64,000 nucleotides of DNA from an uncultured delta proteobacterium (GCA_963794325.1 CAWCDG010000002.1:32001-96000); one strand, 5' to 3'. Shown: positions 1-10,073, counted from the first letter of the stretch. Made by a program: numbers and translations. The notes: a model not told the origin generated them from the letters alone.

Positions 1-3000
1 ACCGCGTCGGTGCCGACTAATTCACAAGCGAGCGGGTAGAGCTGCGCAGCTCGCGATCGCTCGCCGAGCATGACGAGACCTTCGATCGCAAGCGCGAGCA
101 TCCACCACGAACCCACGGCGTTCGGTTGGCCGCTACGAGGGATAAGCGCGCGCTTTTGATCAAGGATTGCCAGCGCGCCATCGCTATCGCCTGCGTAAGC
201 CATCAGTTGAAAAATCGTCCCGACGCCGATTCCGTCGACGGCGCTCCCCACTTCAAATGGGCGCGACGCTTGAGCCAGCAACAGAGCGCCCGGCCAATCT
301 CCACGAAAAAAAGCAAGCACACTTAGTTGCGACCTGAAGACTGCTTCCCAGAAGCCGAAATACTCAGTTGGACGTTTCGAAATTTGATCCATGACAGTTT
401 CAAGTTTCGCGAGGTCGGGTGCTTTGCCAAATTCCGTCCAAGCTCGCGTGCTGAGGCACCGCACGAAAGAAAAAGTATCTCCGATCTTGCTCGCCAGCGG
501 TTCGAGCTCGTCTGCCATTTTCAGCGCCTCTTCCATGCGTCCAAGATACAGAAGTGTCTGATGCAGAACGCGAAGCTGTAAGGAGCGCTGCCAGGCAGGC
601 GTTTCCGATCCGCCGAGTTGTTCACAGTTGAAACCGTCTGAAGCAGCTTCTCTCAATCGAAAGAAGAGCGAGTTTACCGTCAGCCTCGCGCCAAGCACCC
701 TCGCCTCAAGCTTTGGATCGGAGAGCTGGGACGCAATCTTCAAACCGTCCCGCAACGCCTCGTCGGCCGGTTCATAGGCACCAGCGGCTCCGTTGGCCTG
801 CCCCAAGGTAGCGAGGAGACGTACGCGGTCTGCGCTCACATCGGCTTGAAGGTAGGCGAGGCCGCGCGCAGCTATTTTGACTGTTTCCTCTAAACGGCCC
901 GCGAAGAAAAGGGCATCAGTCAACTCGGTAAAGCTCCGGCCGATCATCTCCCGATCTCCGAGATTGAAATAAATTTCCAGTGCCTCATGGAGATTGGCGG
1001 ACACCGCGTCCCACAGCTCGAGCCCGCGCTCGGCCATCGCGAGGCTCGCCAGCAAGTCGGCCCTTTGTCTTGGGTCAACGGCGCCTGGATGCGAAAGGAC
1101 GGACCGAAAGCTGCGCCGTGCTTCCTCAAATGCTGCAGCGCCGAGAGCGCTCTTGCCGGCCAGCGTCAGGTAACTGACCACTCTACTGTCGTCGGCAAAC
1201 GATCCTGCCTTGAGGAGATGGTCTGCGATCTCTCCAGCGCGCTCATTCGCGGCACCGGGATAGAGCCGCTCGATCGCGTCGGCGACCGCGCGATGCAGTC
1301 GTTGTTTGCGCGCAACCGAGATGCCGGCAAGTAACGTCTGACGCACCAGCTCATGGGCGAAGGTGAACGGACTCTCAGGTCCCTGGGAGCTGGCGACGAT
1401 TATCCCCATCTGCTGCGCCTTTTCGAAAACGGCGAAGAGTTCGTCAACGTCGATTTGGTTGACCTCCGTCAGGAGCCGAAAGCTGAAGCTGCGCCCGATT
1501 ACCGCGGCAGCCGTCAGCGCGCGTTTTTCATTCTCGTCGAGCCGCTCGAGGCGGCGGCTGATGATCAGGCGGACGTTGTCCGGAACGTCGATTTCGTCGA
1601 TTTCAATGTCGGTGCGGAACTGGCCGGCCGTATCGAAGACTTTCCCCTCTTCGACCAGATGCCGGTACACCTCCTCGACGAAGAATGGATACCCCTGGCT
1701 TTCCTCGAAGATGAGGCTCAGAAGACTTTCCGGAGCTTCGCGCTCGCTCAGCCCATGTAACATCTGCCCGACCGCGTCTTTGGATAGGCCGCTGAGCTTG
1801 TGCGGACGCACACCCATCCGAATCAGCTCCTCGAGAGTCCTTACCAACGCCGGATTGATATCCGAATATCCGCTGCGATAGGTCGCGATAATCACAGCCG
1901 GGAGCTGCGCGATGCGACGGGCCAGATACACGAAAAGCGCCAGGGTTGATTCGTCGGCCCAGTGAAGGTCTTCGACAAGGTACATGTTCGGCCGCGTTCG
2001 AGCCGCCTGCGCCATCGCCTCCGAAAAGCTTTGGAAAAGAAAACCGCGCTGTTGCGCAGCAGGTAATTCAAGGGGTTCGGGAAGATCGGGGAAAATTCGC
2101 CGAAGACTCGGTGCGATTTGAGCCAATTCTGCCGCGTAGGGCCCGATCTGCCCACGGTAGTCTTCGAGGCTCGCCGCTTGCGCCAGATTATTTTCGATGA
2201 TCTCCGCGAACGGAAGGTAAGGATACTGCTCGTCTCTCTCATAGCAATGACCAACCGAGCATCGGAAGCCTTTGCGCGACGCATAGTCCGCCATCTCCAT
2301 AGCCAGCCGGGTTTTGCCGACGCCGGGTCCGTCCCACAGCATGACAATCGATCCGTGGCCGCTTCGCGCACGATCGATGATCGCGCGAATTGCGCCGCCT
2401 TCAGATTCCCGTCCCACGAAAGCAGTTCGTTCAGCCAGCGAGAACGGAGACACCTCCTGCATTACAGGCGAGGCTGGCGGATTATCGGCGTGCGCTGGAG
2501 CCGGCGCGCCGCTCGATGCTGGCCGCGCTGCCGGCTCGATCGTCGCGGCAGCGAATTCCCATGCGATCGGGAATTTGGGGTCGGGCTGATAGGCACAGAA
2601 GTTCCCGGTCCTGATGCATCGCGAAAGAATATCGGCGAGCGCGGCATCGCTCTGCGCGATTCTTTCGAGTACCGACTTGATCGTCTTGCCGATGCTCTGC
2701 CGGGCTCGTTCTGAAGCCGAGACCGCCCGCCGATTGCGTCCGCCGAGTCCGACTGCGCGCGAGAGCTCTCTGCTCAGCGCATCGATCTCCTGTTCCGCCT
2801 GCTCGGCGCGATCGACGTTTCCCGCGCCCTTGGCTACTTCCAGTTCTTCGCGCAGATCGGAAAGCCGTCGCCGGTATGAGGCCTTGGCTTGATCGTCGAG
2901 CATTTCGCCCGCGTCGCCCAGACTGCCGACGTGGATTCCCGCCTTTTCGAGATCGTCATCGCCGCGCGGCAGATCTCGCGCGGACTGATCGGTTTCGGCA

Positions 3001-3242
3001 TCGTCGCGCTGTCCCGCGATTCCACCTGCCAAATCGAGCACGTGGAATTCGACCGCGGGATGACGCAGCAGATGTGCGAGGTATCCCAGCCCTTTGGAGT
3101 CCTTCAGACGAAAGGATTTCCCAGTGTAGCCTACAGTCCAGTACTCGCTGTGTTTGAGGAACACCCCTTTTTGGACAGGAAGGACCGTCGGCTTCGCATC
3201 GCCGACACCAGTCAAGCCAGCGCCTCGCGTCTCACGTGGCAT
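1..3242 (-). CDS. Large STAND-like AAA ATPase/TPR transcriptional regulator, truncated by the left window edge
   Basis: Translated by hand from ATG 3242 (absent from the ORF track, presumably because no stop lies in the window). N-terminal domain YWTVGY..KDSKGLGYLAHLL..GDAGEMLDDQAKASYRRRL..ERARQSI..IRTGNFCAY, then Walker A DGPGVGKT, Walker B LVEDLHWAD, GYPFFVEE, FTFAHELVR and helical repeats. Frame checked at 2339 and at 29. Confidence 0.85.
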   Translation of the reverse strand, partial: MPRETRGAGLTGVGDAKPTVLPVQKGVFLKHSEYWTVGYTGKSFRLKDSKGLGYLAHLLRHPAVEFHVLDLAGGIAGQRDDAETDQSARDLPRGDDDLEKAGIHVGSLGDAGEMLDDQAKASYRRRLSDLREELEVAKGAGNVDRAEQAEQEIDALSRELSRAVGLGGRNRRAVSASERARQSIGKTIKSVLERIAQSDAALADILSRCIRTGNFCAYQPDPKFPIAWEFAAATIEPAARPASSGAPAPAHADNPPASPVMQEVSPFSLAERTAFVGRESEGGAIRAIIDRARSGHGSIVMLWDGPGVGKTRLAMEMADYASRKGFRCSVGHCYERDEQYPYLPFAEIIENNLAQAASLEDYRGQIGPYAAELAQIAPSLRRIFPDLPEPLELPAAQQRGFLFQSFSEAMAQAARTRPNMYLVEDLHWADESTLALFVYLARRIAQLPAVIIATYRSGYSDINPALVRTLEELIRMGVRPHKLSGLSKDAVGQMLHGLSEREAPESLLSLIFEESQGYPFFVEEVYRHLVEEGKVFDTAGQFRTDIEIDEIDVPDNVRLIISRRLERLDENEKRALTAAAVIGRSFSFRLLTEVNQIDVDELFAVFEKAQQMGIIVASSQGPESPFTFAHELVRQTLLAGISVARKQRLHRAVADAIERLYPGAANERAGEIADHLLKAGSFADDSRVVSYLTLAGKSALGAAAFEEARRSFRSVLSHPGAVDPRQRADLLASLAMAERGLELWDAVSANLHEALEIYFNLGDREMIGRSFTELTDALFFAGRLEETVKIAARGLAYLQADVSADRVRLLATLGQANGAAGAYEPADEALRDGLKIASQLSDPKLEARVLGARLTVNSLFFRLREAASDGFNCEQLGGSETPAWQRSLQLRVLHQTLLYLGRMEEALKMADELEPLASKIGDTFSFVRCLSTRAWTEFGKAPDLAKLETVMDQISKRPTEYFGFWEAVFRSQLSVLAFFRGDWPGALLLAQASRPFEVGSAVDGIGVGTIFQLMAYAGDSDGALAILDQKRALIPRSGQPNAVGSWWMLALAIEGLVMLGERSRAAQLYPLACELVGTDA

Positions 3243-3566
3243 CGGAAGTGTCTCCAGGCTGTCCGAGCGAATCTGGTGACCGAGAGGCGCATTATCGATC
3301 AGGACCTGGCGCGCGGCAAACCGTTTAGAACACCGATTTGGACCGGTCATTTTTACATTACCGGGGCGTTTTCTCAGGTGGTTTCGGCCGCTCAGATTTT
3401 GTGCGGCGATTTTTCACGCCTGTTCAAAAGCAGAGGGTGCCTGAGACGTGAATTTGCGCCGCCAAAAAAATCGCCCACACGGCTGGAGCACGGCTTTCTG
3501 TCCCCTCCCCCAGAAACAGGTTTCGGCCGTGTGGGCTTAAAACATTGGAAACCTTTGAGGTACGCA

Positions 3567-3923
3567 ATGGCAAAAACAGCCCAGGCTCATTGGCAGAAAT
3601 CGCTGGTCATGTCTCTGGCACTGGTCATCGCCGCCGGATCGTCCGCGATCGCCGCTCAGAATGCCGCAGATCTGTACTCGGAAAAATGCGCCGCATGCCA
3701 TGGAGACAAGGGCAACGGTGACGGCCCGGCCGGCCAGGCTATGACGCCGCCTCCACAGCCGTTTTCAACTGCCTTGAACAACAAGAGCGATACCTGGATT
3801 GGGACCGTGATTACGAAGGGTGGTCCTGCCGTTGGGATGACGCCGGCGATGCCGCCGCATCCGACCTTAACCAGCGACCAGGTCAAGGCCCTGACTTCAT
3901 ACATCAAAGGACTCAAGTCATAG
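3567..3923 (+). CDS. Periplasmic monoheme cytochrome c
   Basis: Signal peptide, CAACH heme motif, distal Met in AMPP. Start reassigned to ATG 3567 after GAGG. Confidence 0.9.
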   Translation: MAKTAQAHWQKSLVMSLALVIAAGSSAIAAQNAADLYSEKCAACHGDKGNGDGPAGQAMTPPPQPFSTALNNKSDTWIGTVITKGGPAVGMTPAMPPHPTLTSDQVKALTSYIKGLKS

Positions 3924-4006
3924 AGGCCAGCATTCACCGTCATGTCTATGCCGCTAAGGCTGGCATTGGCGCAATAAATTCAAGGCAGACCTATCGAGGC
4001 AAACCT

Positions 4007-4462
4007 ATGATTCGGCTCAAAATCAATGGCGTCGAGAAGTCGTTCGATGGTGACCCGCAAATGCCCTTGCTTTGGTATCTGCGCGATGACTTAGGACTGA
4101 TGGGGACCAAGTTTGGCTGCGGCGTAGGTCTTTGCGGGGCTTGTACCGTGAATCAGGGCGGCAAGGCGATTCGATCTTGCGTAACGCCGATGAGCACGGC
4201 AGCCGCGAGCGAGATTACAACTATCGAGGGTCTCGGGCGCGGCGGACTCCATCCAGTGCAAAAGGCGTGGATTCGGATCAACGTGCCTCAGTGCGGCTAC
4301 TGCCAGTCCGGCCAGATGATGCAGGCTGCGGCGTTACTCAAGAAGAACCACAAACCCAACGACGCAGATATCGACAAGGCGATGGCGGGTAACATCTGCC
4401 GATGCGGCACCTATCAAAAGATTCGCGCTGCTATCAAGGCGGCGGCGGAGGAAGTCGCATGA
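4007..4462 (+). CDS. (2Fe-2S) small subunit, IorA/CoxS family of aldehyde/isoquinoline oxidoreductases
   Basis: [24 protein letters not shown] and GNICRCGTY motifs. Confidence 0.95.
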   Translation: MIRLKINGVEKSFDGDPQMPLLWYLRDDLGLMGTKFGCGVGLCGACTVNQGGKAIRSCVTPMSTAAASEITTIEGLGRGGLHPVQKAWIRINVPQCGYCQSGQMMQAAALLKKNHKPNDADIDKAMAGNICRCGTYQKIRAAIKAAAEEVA

Positions 4463-4490
4463 ACGCAATCGCAAATGTCAGCCGCCGGGA
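4421..4490 (+). repeat. Direct repeat copy 1 of the iorA-3'/iorB-5' junction (partner 5311-5380)
   Basis: 59/70 identical by manual alignment, offset 890 bp. Confidence 0.9.
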
Positions 4491-4542
4491 AATCGAACTC
4501 CAATACCTGACAGAAAATTGGAAACAGGAGACCATACGATGA
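4459..4542 (+). pseudogene. 27-codon remnant of the iorB 5' end ([27 protein letters not shown])
   Basis: First 11 residues match IorB MNSIANVSRRE at 10 of 11 positions. ATGA overlaps with the iorA stop and with the HD gene start. Confidence 0.7.
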
Positions 4543-5306
4543 GCGTCATCGATTCAACGAATCAAACACCCCAGCGCTTGGTGAGGCACCCCGACGGACA
4601 GACGGCGGACACCAGACCTACTTTCCGGCAACCGAAGATCGATCAGCCTGTTCCTACCCCGGCATCAAGATTTCAGAAAGCACAACCTGGAGTTCCGGAC
4701 TCGCAATTGACTCGTGAGGCAACTGGACTCTTGCATGAGTACAGCACGTCCTTGCTTTTTAACCACTCTCATCGCGTCTTCTTTTGGGCCAAGGAGCTAG
4801 GACGACAGAGCGGACAGACGTTCGATGAGGAGCTCCTTTTCGTCTGCGCAGCCTTCCATGATTTAGGCTTGCTGAGAAGGTTCAGCAGTGCTGACGACCG
4901 GTTCGAGGTGGACAGTGCAAACGCCCTTCGGCAGTTCCTCGAGCGCCACAGCGTTCCCACGGCCCGGATTCAAGTGGCCTGGGACGCGATCGCCTTACAC
5001 ACCACTCCGGGAATTGCAGCGTACAAACCTATCGAGGTCGAGCTTCTGTACAACGGTGTAGGACTCGACGTCCTGGGTATCGGCTACGAGCATGTTCCAG
5101 AAGATTTCAGAAAGAAGGTGGTCGCTGAGTATCCGCGGGTCAACTTTAAACAGGATATTGCAAAGGCCTTTCTGGGTGGTTTTGAGCTGAAGACCCAGAC
5201 GGCCGAGGGTACCTGCAACGAGGATATCTGTTCGCACTTCATTCGCAACTACAAGCGCAGCAATTTCTATGATCAGATTCAGAACTCACCCTTTCAGAAC
5301 TCCTAG
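4539..5306 (+). CDS. HD-domain metal-dependent hydrolase (cyanamide hydratase-like subgroup)
   Basis: FNHSHRVF, AAFHDLG, RFEVDSANA and WDAIALHTTPG motifs. AGGAG RBS before ATG 4539. Confidence 0.85.
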   Translation: MSVIDSTNQTPQRLVRHPDGQTADTRPTFRQPKIDQPVPTPASRFQKAQPGVPDSQLTREATGLLHEYSTSLLFNHSHRVFFWAKELGRQSGQTFDEELLFVCAAFHDLGLLRRFSSADDRFEVDSANALRQFLERHSVPTARIQVAWDAIALHTTPGIAAYKPIEVELLYNGVGLDVLGIGYEHVPEDFRKKVVAEYPRVNFKQDIAKAFLGGFELKTQTAEGTCNEDICSHFIRNYKRSNFYDQIQNSPFQNS

Positions 5307-5310
5307 AGAC

Positions 5311-5380
5311 ATTCACGCCGCGATCGAGGCGGCGGCAGAGGAGAGCGCATGAACTCAATCGCAAATGTCAGCCGACGCGA
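5311..5380 (+). repeat. Direct repeat copy 2 of the iorA/iorB junction
   Basis: attcacgccgcgatcgaggcggcggcagaggagagcgcatgaactcaatcgcaaatgtcagccgacgcga versus 4421-4490. Confidence 0.9.
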
Positions 5381-7640
5381 GTTCATCAAAGGACTATTCT
5401 CAACCGGTGCGTTGGTGCTCGGTGTATCGCTAGTCCCCGACATCCTGCGGGCCCAAACCTCCTCTACCGGCGCGAGGCTCGAAGATTCGGTGCTGCGGCC
5501 AAACGTTTTCGTCGCCATCCAATCCGACGATACGATTTCTATCGTTGCGGCGCGTTCCGAAATGGGTACCGGCATCAGCACCGCATTGCCTTCGGTACTC
5601 GCCGATGAACTCGACGCTGACTGGACCAAAGTCAGGATACATCAGGGCGATAGCGACAAACGTTACGGCGACCAGGACACCGACGGCTCACACTCGGTGC
5701 GCAGCTTCTTCGACGTGATGCGCACTTGCGGCGCGTCCGCACGCTACATGCTGATCCAGGCCGCGGCCACACAATGGAACGTGCCCGCCGCCACTTGTGA
5801 GACTGAGCTTGGCACGGTGATTCATCGCCTATCCGGACGAAAGGCGACCTATGGACAGCTCGCCGCGTCTGCGTCGAAACAGTCTGTGCCGGACCCGGCG
5901 AAATTGCACTTCAAGCCCAAAAGCGCGTGGCGCTACATCGGTAAGGACACTCCCAGGTACAACATCGACGCGCTATGCACGGGGCAGCCAGTCTTCGGGA
6001 TCGATCAAAAGATAGCAGGGATGGTGTACGCATCGGTGGAGCGGCCGCCGGTTTTTGGCGGCAAGCTCAAGTCTTACGACGATAAGGAAGCACTGCGCGT
6101 CCGAGGCGTTCATCAGACCGTGGCTATCCCGCCGTTCGATCCTCCAGTCGCAATGCAAGCGCTGGGTGGAATCGCGGTGATAGCCGATAACACGTGGGCA
6201 GCGCTTCAAGGCCGCCAAAAGCTAAACATCGTCTGGGACAATGGTCCCAACGCGACCTACGACTCGACGAAATACCACGATGAGTTGAAAGCAACTTCGC
6301 ATCAGCCGTGCAAAGTCATTCGCAATGCGGGTGACGTCGAAGCGCAGTTTGCCAACGGCGGCAAGATTATCGAAGCCGACTACTACGTGCCGTTGCTCGC
6401 ACACGCGCCGATGGAACCTCCGGTAGCTCTCGCGGACTACCGCGATGGCAAGGTGACGGTGTGGGCGCCGACCCAGGATCCGCAGACCGTGCAGAGCGCG
6501 ATAGCCAGCGAACTGGACATTTCAGTGGCGAACGTTACCTGCCACGTAACTTTGCTTGGTGGCGGGTTCGGACGAAAGTCGATGGCCGATTTCTCGGTCG
6601 AAGCAGCCTACCTGTCGAAAGCGATAGGGCGTCCGGTGAAGGTCACGTGGTCGCGCGAGGACGATATCAAGTTCGATTACTACAACTCGACCTCGGCAAT
6701 GTATATGAAGGCGGCTGTGGGAAAGGACGGCAAGCCCACCGCATGGCTCCAGCGATCAACCTTTCCTCCTATCACATCGCTATTCAAGCTCGATGCGGTC
6801 TATGGCGATCCGGGACATCTCGCGCAGGGCTGGACTGATATCCCATTCGACATACCAAATCTACGCGTTGAAAACGGTCCGGCTAAAGCCCACGTGCGCA
6901 TCGGATGGCTGCGCTCGGTGGCTAACATCTATCATGCGTTCGCGGTGCACTGTTTCGCCGATGAGCTAGCACACAACGCAGGGCGCGACCCTCTCGATTA
7001 TCTACTCGATTTGATCGGACCGCCCCGGATACTCAACTTGAACGGCGCCGACTATCCGAACTACGGCGCGTCATACCTGACTTACCCAATCGACACTGGA
7101 CGGCTGCGAGGAGTCCTGGAACTCGCAGCGGAAAAATCCGGATGGGCAAAACGCAAATCAGGCCACGGAACCGGATGGGGCATCGCGGTCCATCGCAGCT
7201 TCACTACTTACGTAGCGTCGGTGGTACAGGTCGAAGTGAATCCCAAAGGAGAAATTAAAATCCCTCGCGTCGACATGGCGGTCGATGCGGGACAGATCGT
7301 CGATCCTATGTTGGTGCGGACGCAGTTCGAAGGCGCCGCCGTATTTGGAACCAGTGTGGCGCGCACCGGCGAGATAACCGCTACCAATGGCGTGATCGAC
7401 CAGTCCAACTTTTACGACTACCCGGTCGCACGGATTAATGAAGCGCCGTTCCAGACCAACGTCCATATCGTCGAGTCGAGCGCTCCGCCTGGAGGTGTGG
7501 GTGAGCCGGGCGTGCCGCCGTTCATCGCGGCCCTCTGCAACGCAATTTACGCAGCAACCGGCAAACGAGTCCGGGAACTCCCGTTGTCGAAGATCGATCT
7601 TGCACGACAGGCCGGGGCTTCCAAATCGCCGAGCTCCTGA
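5349..7640 (+). CDS. Molybdopterin-binding large subunit, IorB/xanthine dehydrogenase family, Tat-exported
   Basis: SRREFIK twin-arginine motif, RSEMGTG, HAPMEP, LLGGGFGRK, GWLRSV, GGVGEPGVPP. Confidence 0.95.
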   Translation: MNSIANVSRREFIKGLFSTGALVLGVSLVPDILRAQTSSTGARLEDSVLRPNVFVAIQSDDTISIVAARSEMGTGISTALPSVLADELDADWTKVRIHQGDSDKRYGDQDTDGSHSVRSFFDVMRTCGASARYMLIQAAATQWNVPAATCETELGTVIHRLSGRKATYGQLAASASKQSVPDPAKLHFKPKSAWRYIGKDTPRYNIDALCTGQPVFGIDQKIAGMVYASVERPPVFGGKLKSYDDKEALRVRGVHQTVAIPPFDPPVAMQALGGIAVIADNTWAALQGRQKLNIVWDNGPNATYDSTKYHDELKATSHQPCKVIRNAGDVEAQFANGGKIIEADYYVPLLAHAPMEPPVALADYRDGKVTVWAPTQDPQTVQSAIASELDISVANVTCHVTLLGGGFGRKSMADFSVEAAYLSKAIGRPVKVTWSREDDIKFDYYNSTSAMYMKAAVGKDGKPTAWLQRSTFPPITSLFKLDAVYGDPGHLAQGWTDIPFDIPNLRVENGPAKAHVRIGWLRSVANIYHAFAVHCFADELAHNAGRDPLDYLLDLIGPPRILNLNGADYPNYGASYLTYPIDTGRLRGVLELAAEKSGWAKRKSGHGTGWGIAVHRSFTTYVASVVQVEVNPKGEIKIPRVDMAVDAGQIVDPMLVRTQFEGAAVFGTSVARTGEITATNGVIDQSNFYDYPVARINEAPFQTNVHIVESSAPPGGVGEPGVPPFIAALCNAIYAATGKRVRELPLSKIDLARQAGASKSPSS

Positions 7641-7671
7641 TTGCTGCCGAAGCACGAAGTGATTCGCGCGA

Positions 7672-8040
7672 TTACTCAAGCTTTGGCAGCTCATAAACGC
7701 GTACTTGGTCGGAGTCGATCTCGAGGACCTTGTTTATCATGTCGGGAAGCTTCGAGGCTTCGACGAGAGTCCGGCGAAACAACTCGCGTTGAAGGGCTGG
7801 CGTAACGTTCGGAAGGATCACGATCAAGCCGGCGTGCAATTCACTCTTTCCCATGAGCTTACGAAAATCACGCGCGTTGTTGGTAACGAATACGAATTCT
7901 TCGCGCAGAACCACTTCTCGGAGTTGATGATCCTTGAACCCCGACCATCCTCGCCGAGTCACATGATGGGCCTCGTGGCCGGCGTTGTTTGCAACATCCG
8001 TGAGACTGGTATGCAGGCATTCATCGATCAGAAACTTCAC
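7672..8040 (-). CDS. DUF5615 PIN-like toxin (VapC45 type)
   Basis: (M)KFLIDECL..VFVTNNARDF..HAGLIVI. GTG start overlaps the antitoxin stop. Confidence 0.85.
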   Translation of the reverse strand: MKFLIDECLHTSLTDVANNAGHEAHHVTRRGWSGFKDHQLREVVLREEFVFVTNNARDFRKLMGKSELHAGLIVILPNVTPALQRELFRRTLVEASKLPDMINKVLEIDSDQVRVYELPKLE

Positions 8041-8666
8041 CCGAGAGTCTCGCTCCGCGAGATCTCCCGCCACGGCGGTTGGTGCCACGGATGGCGAGGT
8101 GGTCGGCCCTTGCGCGGGTAGGCCTGCGCGAAAATTTTGGCGAGTTCAAGCTGCCCGCGCTTGAGCGATGGGTAGCCTTCCAAAATCTCCTCTTCGGCCG
8201 CGCCCTGTTCGAGCATACTCGCGACTTCATAGACACCAATTCTGGTTCCGCGAATGCACGGCTCGCCACCCCTGATCTCGGGATCCTCAACGACCATTGC
8301 GCTAGCCCGTTCAAGACGCTCCAATCTGGAACGCACTTCTTTGAGAACCAACTTGAGATCGAGCAAGAGACGGCCTCCGAACACCGGCAATTCCTTCTTG
8401 GCCGGTTTCTTACTTCGCCAATATACGATGATCGCATCGTGAAGCTTGTCTTTGCCCTCACTGGTGAGTTGGACCAGGCGCGTATCAAGACCCTTCGCTA
8501 CGGCCAAGTAGAAGAGGTCCTGCTCGCTGAGCGCTCTCTTGCTTCCAGGCCTCCGGCGCTTTGGCTTCAAAGGCCCTTCGTCGATCTCGCGATGCACCGT
8601 CTTGACTGGAACGCCCGACACGACCGCCGCCTCGCTGGGAGTGAAGGTTCTCTCTTGATGCAGCAT
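8037..8666 (-). CDS. DUF433 antitoxin with N-terminal HTH
   Basis: DPEIRGGEPCIRGTRIGV..EEILEGYPSL. Confidence 0.9.
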   Translation of the reverse strand: MLHQERTFTPSEAAVVSGVPVKTVHREIDEGPLKPKRRRPGSKRALSEQDLFYLAVAKGLDTRLVQLTSEGKDKLHDAIIVYWRSKKPAKKELPVFGGRLLLDLKLVLKEVRSRLERLERASAMVVEDPEIRGGEPCIRGTRIGVYEVASMLEQGAAEEEILEGYPSLKRGQLELAKIFAQAYPRKGRPPRHPWHQPPWREISRSETLG

Positions 8667-8828
8667 AATTCATCCTCTACGACGGAATAGTTTAGCAGGT
8701 CGGATCGGTTTGATCGATCCACACCGGAAGGGAGGCTCGCAGCTGACGGGAAGGTTTACACGCCGCCCGCTCCGGCGGACGGCGCAAGATTGGGAAGTAA
8801 CCGAATATGGGGCTGCGCTTTACGACTG

Positions 8829-8841
8829 TAAGTACTTGATT
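8829..8841 (-). promoter_or_regulatory. IHF consensus site beside the att remnant
   Basis: AATCAAGTACTTA on the minus strand matches WATCAANNNNTTR. Confidence 0.5.
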
Positions 8842-8848
8842 TCATAGC

Positions 8849-8891
8849 TGGGCGATACAGGTTTCGAACCTGCGACCTCCCGGCTTGTAAG
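8849..8891 (-). repeat. Displaced 3' half of tRNA-Val (att-type direct repeat)
   Basis: tgggcgatacaggtttcgaacctgcgacctcccggcttgtaag versus 17796-17837: 2 substitutions and 1 insertion, ending at the anticodon loop. Confidence 0.9.
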
Positions 8892-9000
8892 CTGTGTTCC
8901 GAGCAGAAAACAGCGATACGATTCGAGATCATTTAGATCGCGGGAAGGGCGTGCCGCGTCTTGCACCATGAACTGCTTCCGCGCCGCAGATTCCCGGGCG

Positions 9001-9963
9001 CTACTCGATTTTGTAGAGCTTTCGCTTTCGCCACAGTGTCGAGACGTTGATGCCGAGTGCTGCGGCGGCCTCTTCCATAGTCGAGCTCGCCTTCAGTACA
9101 GCTATGATATGCGTGCGCTCGACCTCTTCGAGACTGGTGAGCGGTCTCCCTTCAGTTATGGTGCGACGTTGTCTGGCAGCTAGAACCACCTCGGGCAGGT
9201 GCTCTTCTGTGATGAGATCGTTTGTGCAGAGCACAGCCGCACGTTCGATCGCGTTTCGCAACTCCCGGAGATTGCCGGGCCAGTGATAGTTCGCCATGAC
9301 TGCAGTAGCTCCAGCCGATAAGTGCAATCGGTCGCGAACATTGCGAATCGCAGTATGCGCCAGCAGATGCGCGGCCAGGACAGGAATATCCCAGCGGCGT
9401 TCAACCAGCGTGGGAATTCTCAAAGCTATAACGTTGATCCGGTAAAAGAGATCGCTGCGGAAACGTCCAGCCGCTACCTCCCCGCCAAGATCGCGACTGG
9501 ACGCTGCGATGATTCGAACGTGCAAACCCGAAGAGGGCAAATCGACAAGAGATTGCCGCTCTTCGACGAACTGCAGAAGCCTGGCCTGAGCGGCGGGAGG
9601 GAGGTCAACAAGATTGTCCAAAAGCAAAGAAGCGGAGTCCGAAACATTGCTTCGGTCGCCGCGATCGGCATGCAAAGCGGCCAGCGTGTGCCTTAAGTCC
9701 TCGAAGGGATCGCTTTCGTGAACGTGCTCGGACATCGCTGCACAGTCGACGCTTAGAAATGGTGCGTCGCTTCGTCGACTCCATCTATGAATTTGGCGCG
9801 CAAAGGCGCTCTTGCCGGTGCCGCTGTCGCCGGTCAGTAGGATGGTAGCATTGGCCAAGGCGGCTCGGTGCGCGGCTTCCATAAAGTCGATCATCAAGCG
9901 GCATCGACTCTCAAGCAGAAGCTCCTCTTGGTCCGCGTGCGTCGGGTGGGTCTGGGACGCCAT
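9001..9963 (-). CDS. Degenerate sigma54-interacting AAA+ regulator with Fis-type HTH, no sensory domain
   Basis: GDSGTGKS, FRSDLFYRINV, WPGNLRELRNAIER and C-terminal HTH. GAFTGA absent, Walker B reads LLLDNL. Start uncertain. Confidence 0.85.
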   Translation of the reverse strand: MASQTHPTHADQEELLLESRCRLMIDFMEAAHRAALANATILLTGDSGTGKSAFARQIHRWSRRSDAPFLSVDCAAMSEHVHESDPFEDLRHTLAALHADRGDRSNVSDSASLLLDNLVDLPPAAQARLLQFVEERQSLVDLPSSGLHVRIIAASSRDLGGEVAAGRFRSDLFYRINVIALRIPTLVERRWDIPVLAAHLLAHTAIRNVRDRLHLSAGATAVMANYHWPGNLRELRNAIERAAVLCTNDLITEEHLPEVVLAARQRRTITEGRPLTSLEEVERTHIIAVLKASSTMEEAAAALGINVSTLWRKRKLYKIE

Positions 9964-10073
9964 CAGTGTTTCAATCGCAGCCTCCCCCTCCTCGCTGTCA
10001 TTAGGTCCTACGAGGCCCTGCGGATAAATCCTCCGCCTGGATGTCCTGGGCTCGTGAAAGTGTTGGCCGTGGC

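Noticed and set aside
2889-3566. N-terminal 226 codons of the 344-aa ORF
   Set aside because: Overlaps the minus-strand ATPase gene and the intergenic region. The cytochrome c signal peptide and RBS fit ATG 3567.
8849-8891. Second tRNA-Val gene
   Set aside because: Only the 3' half is present, with mismatches and no D arm or CCA. Treated as an att remnant.
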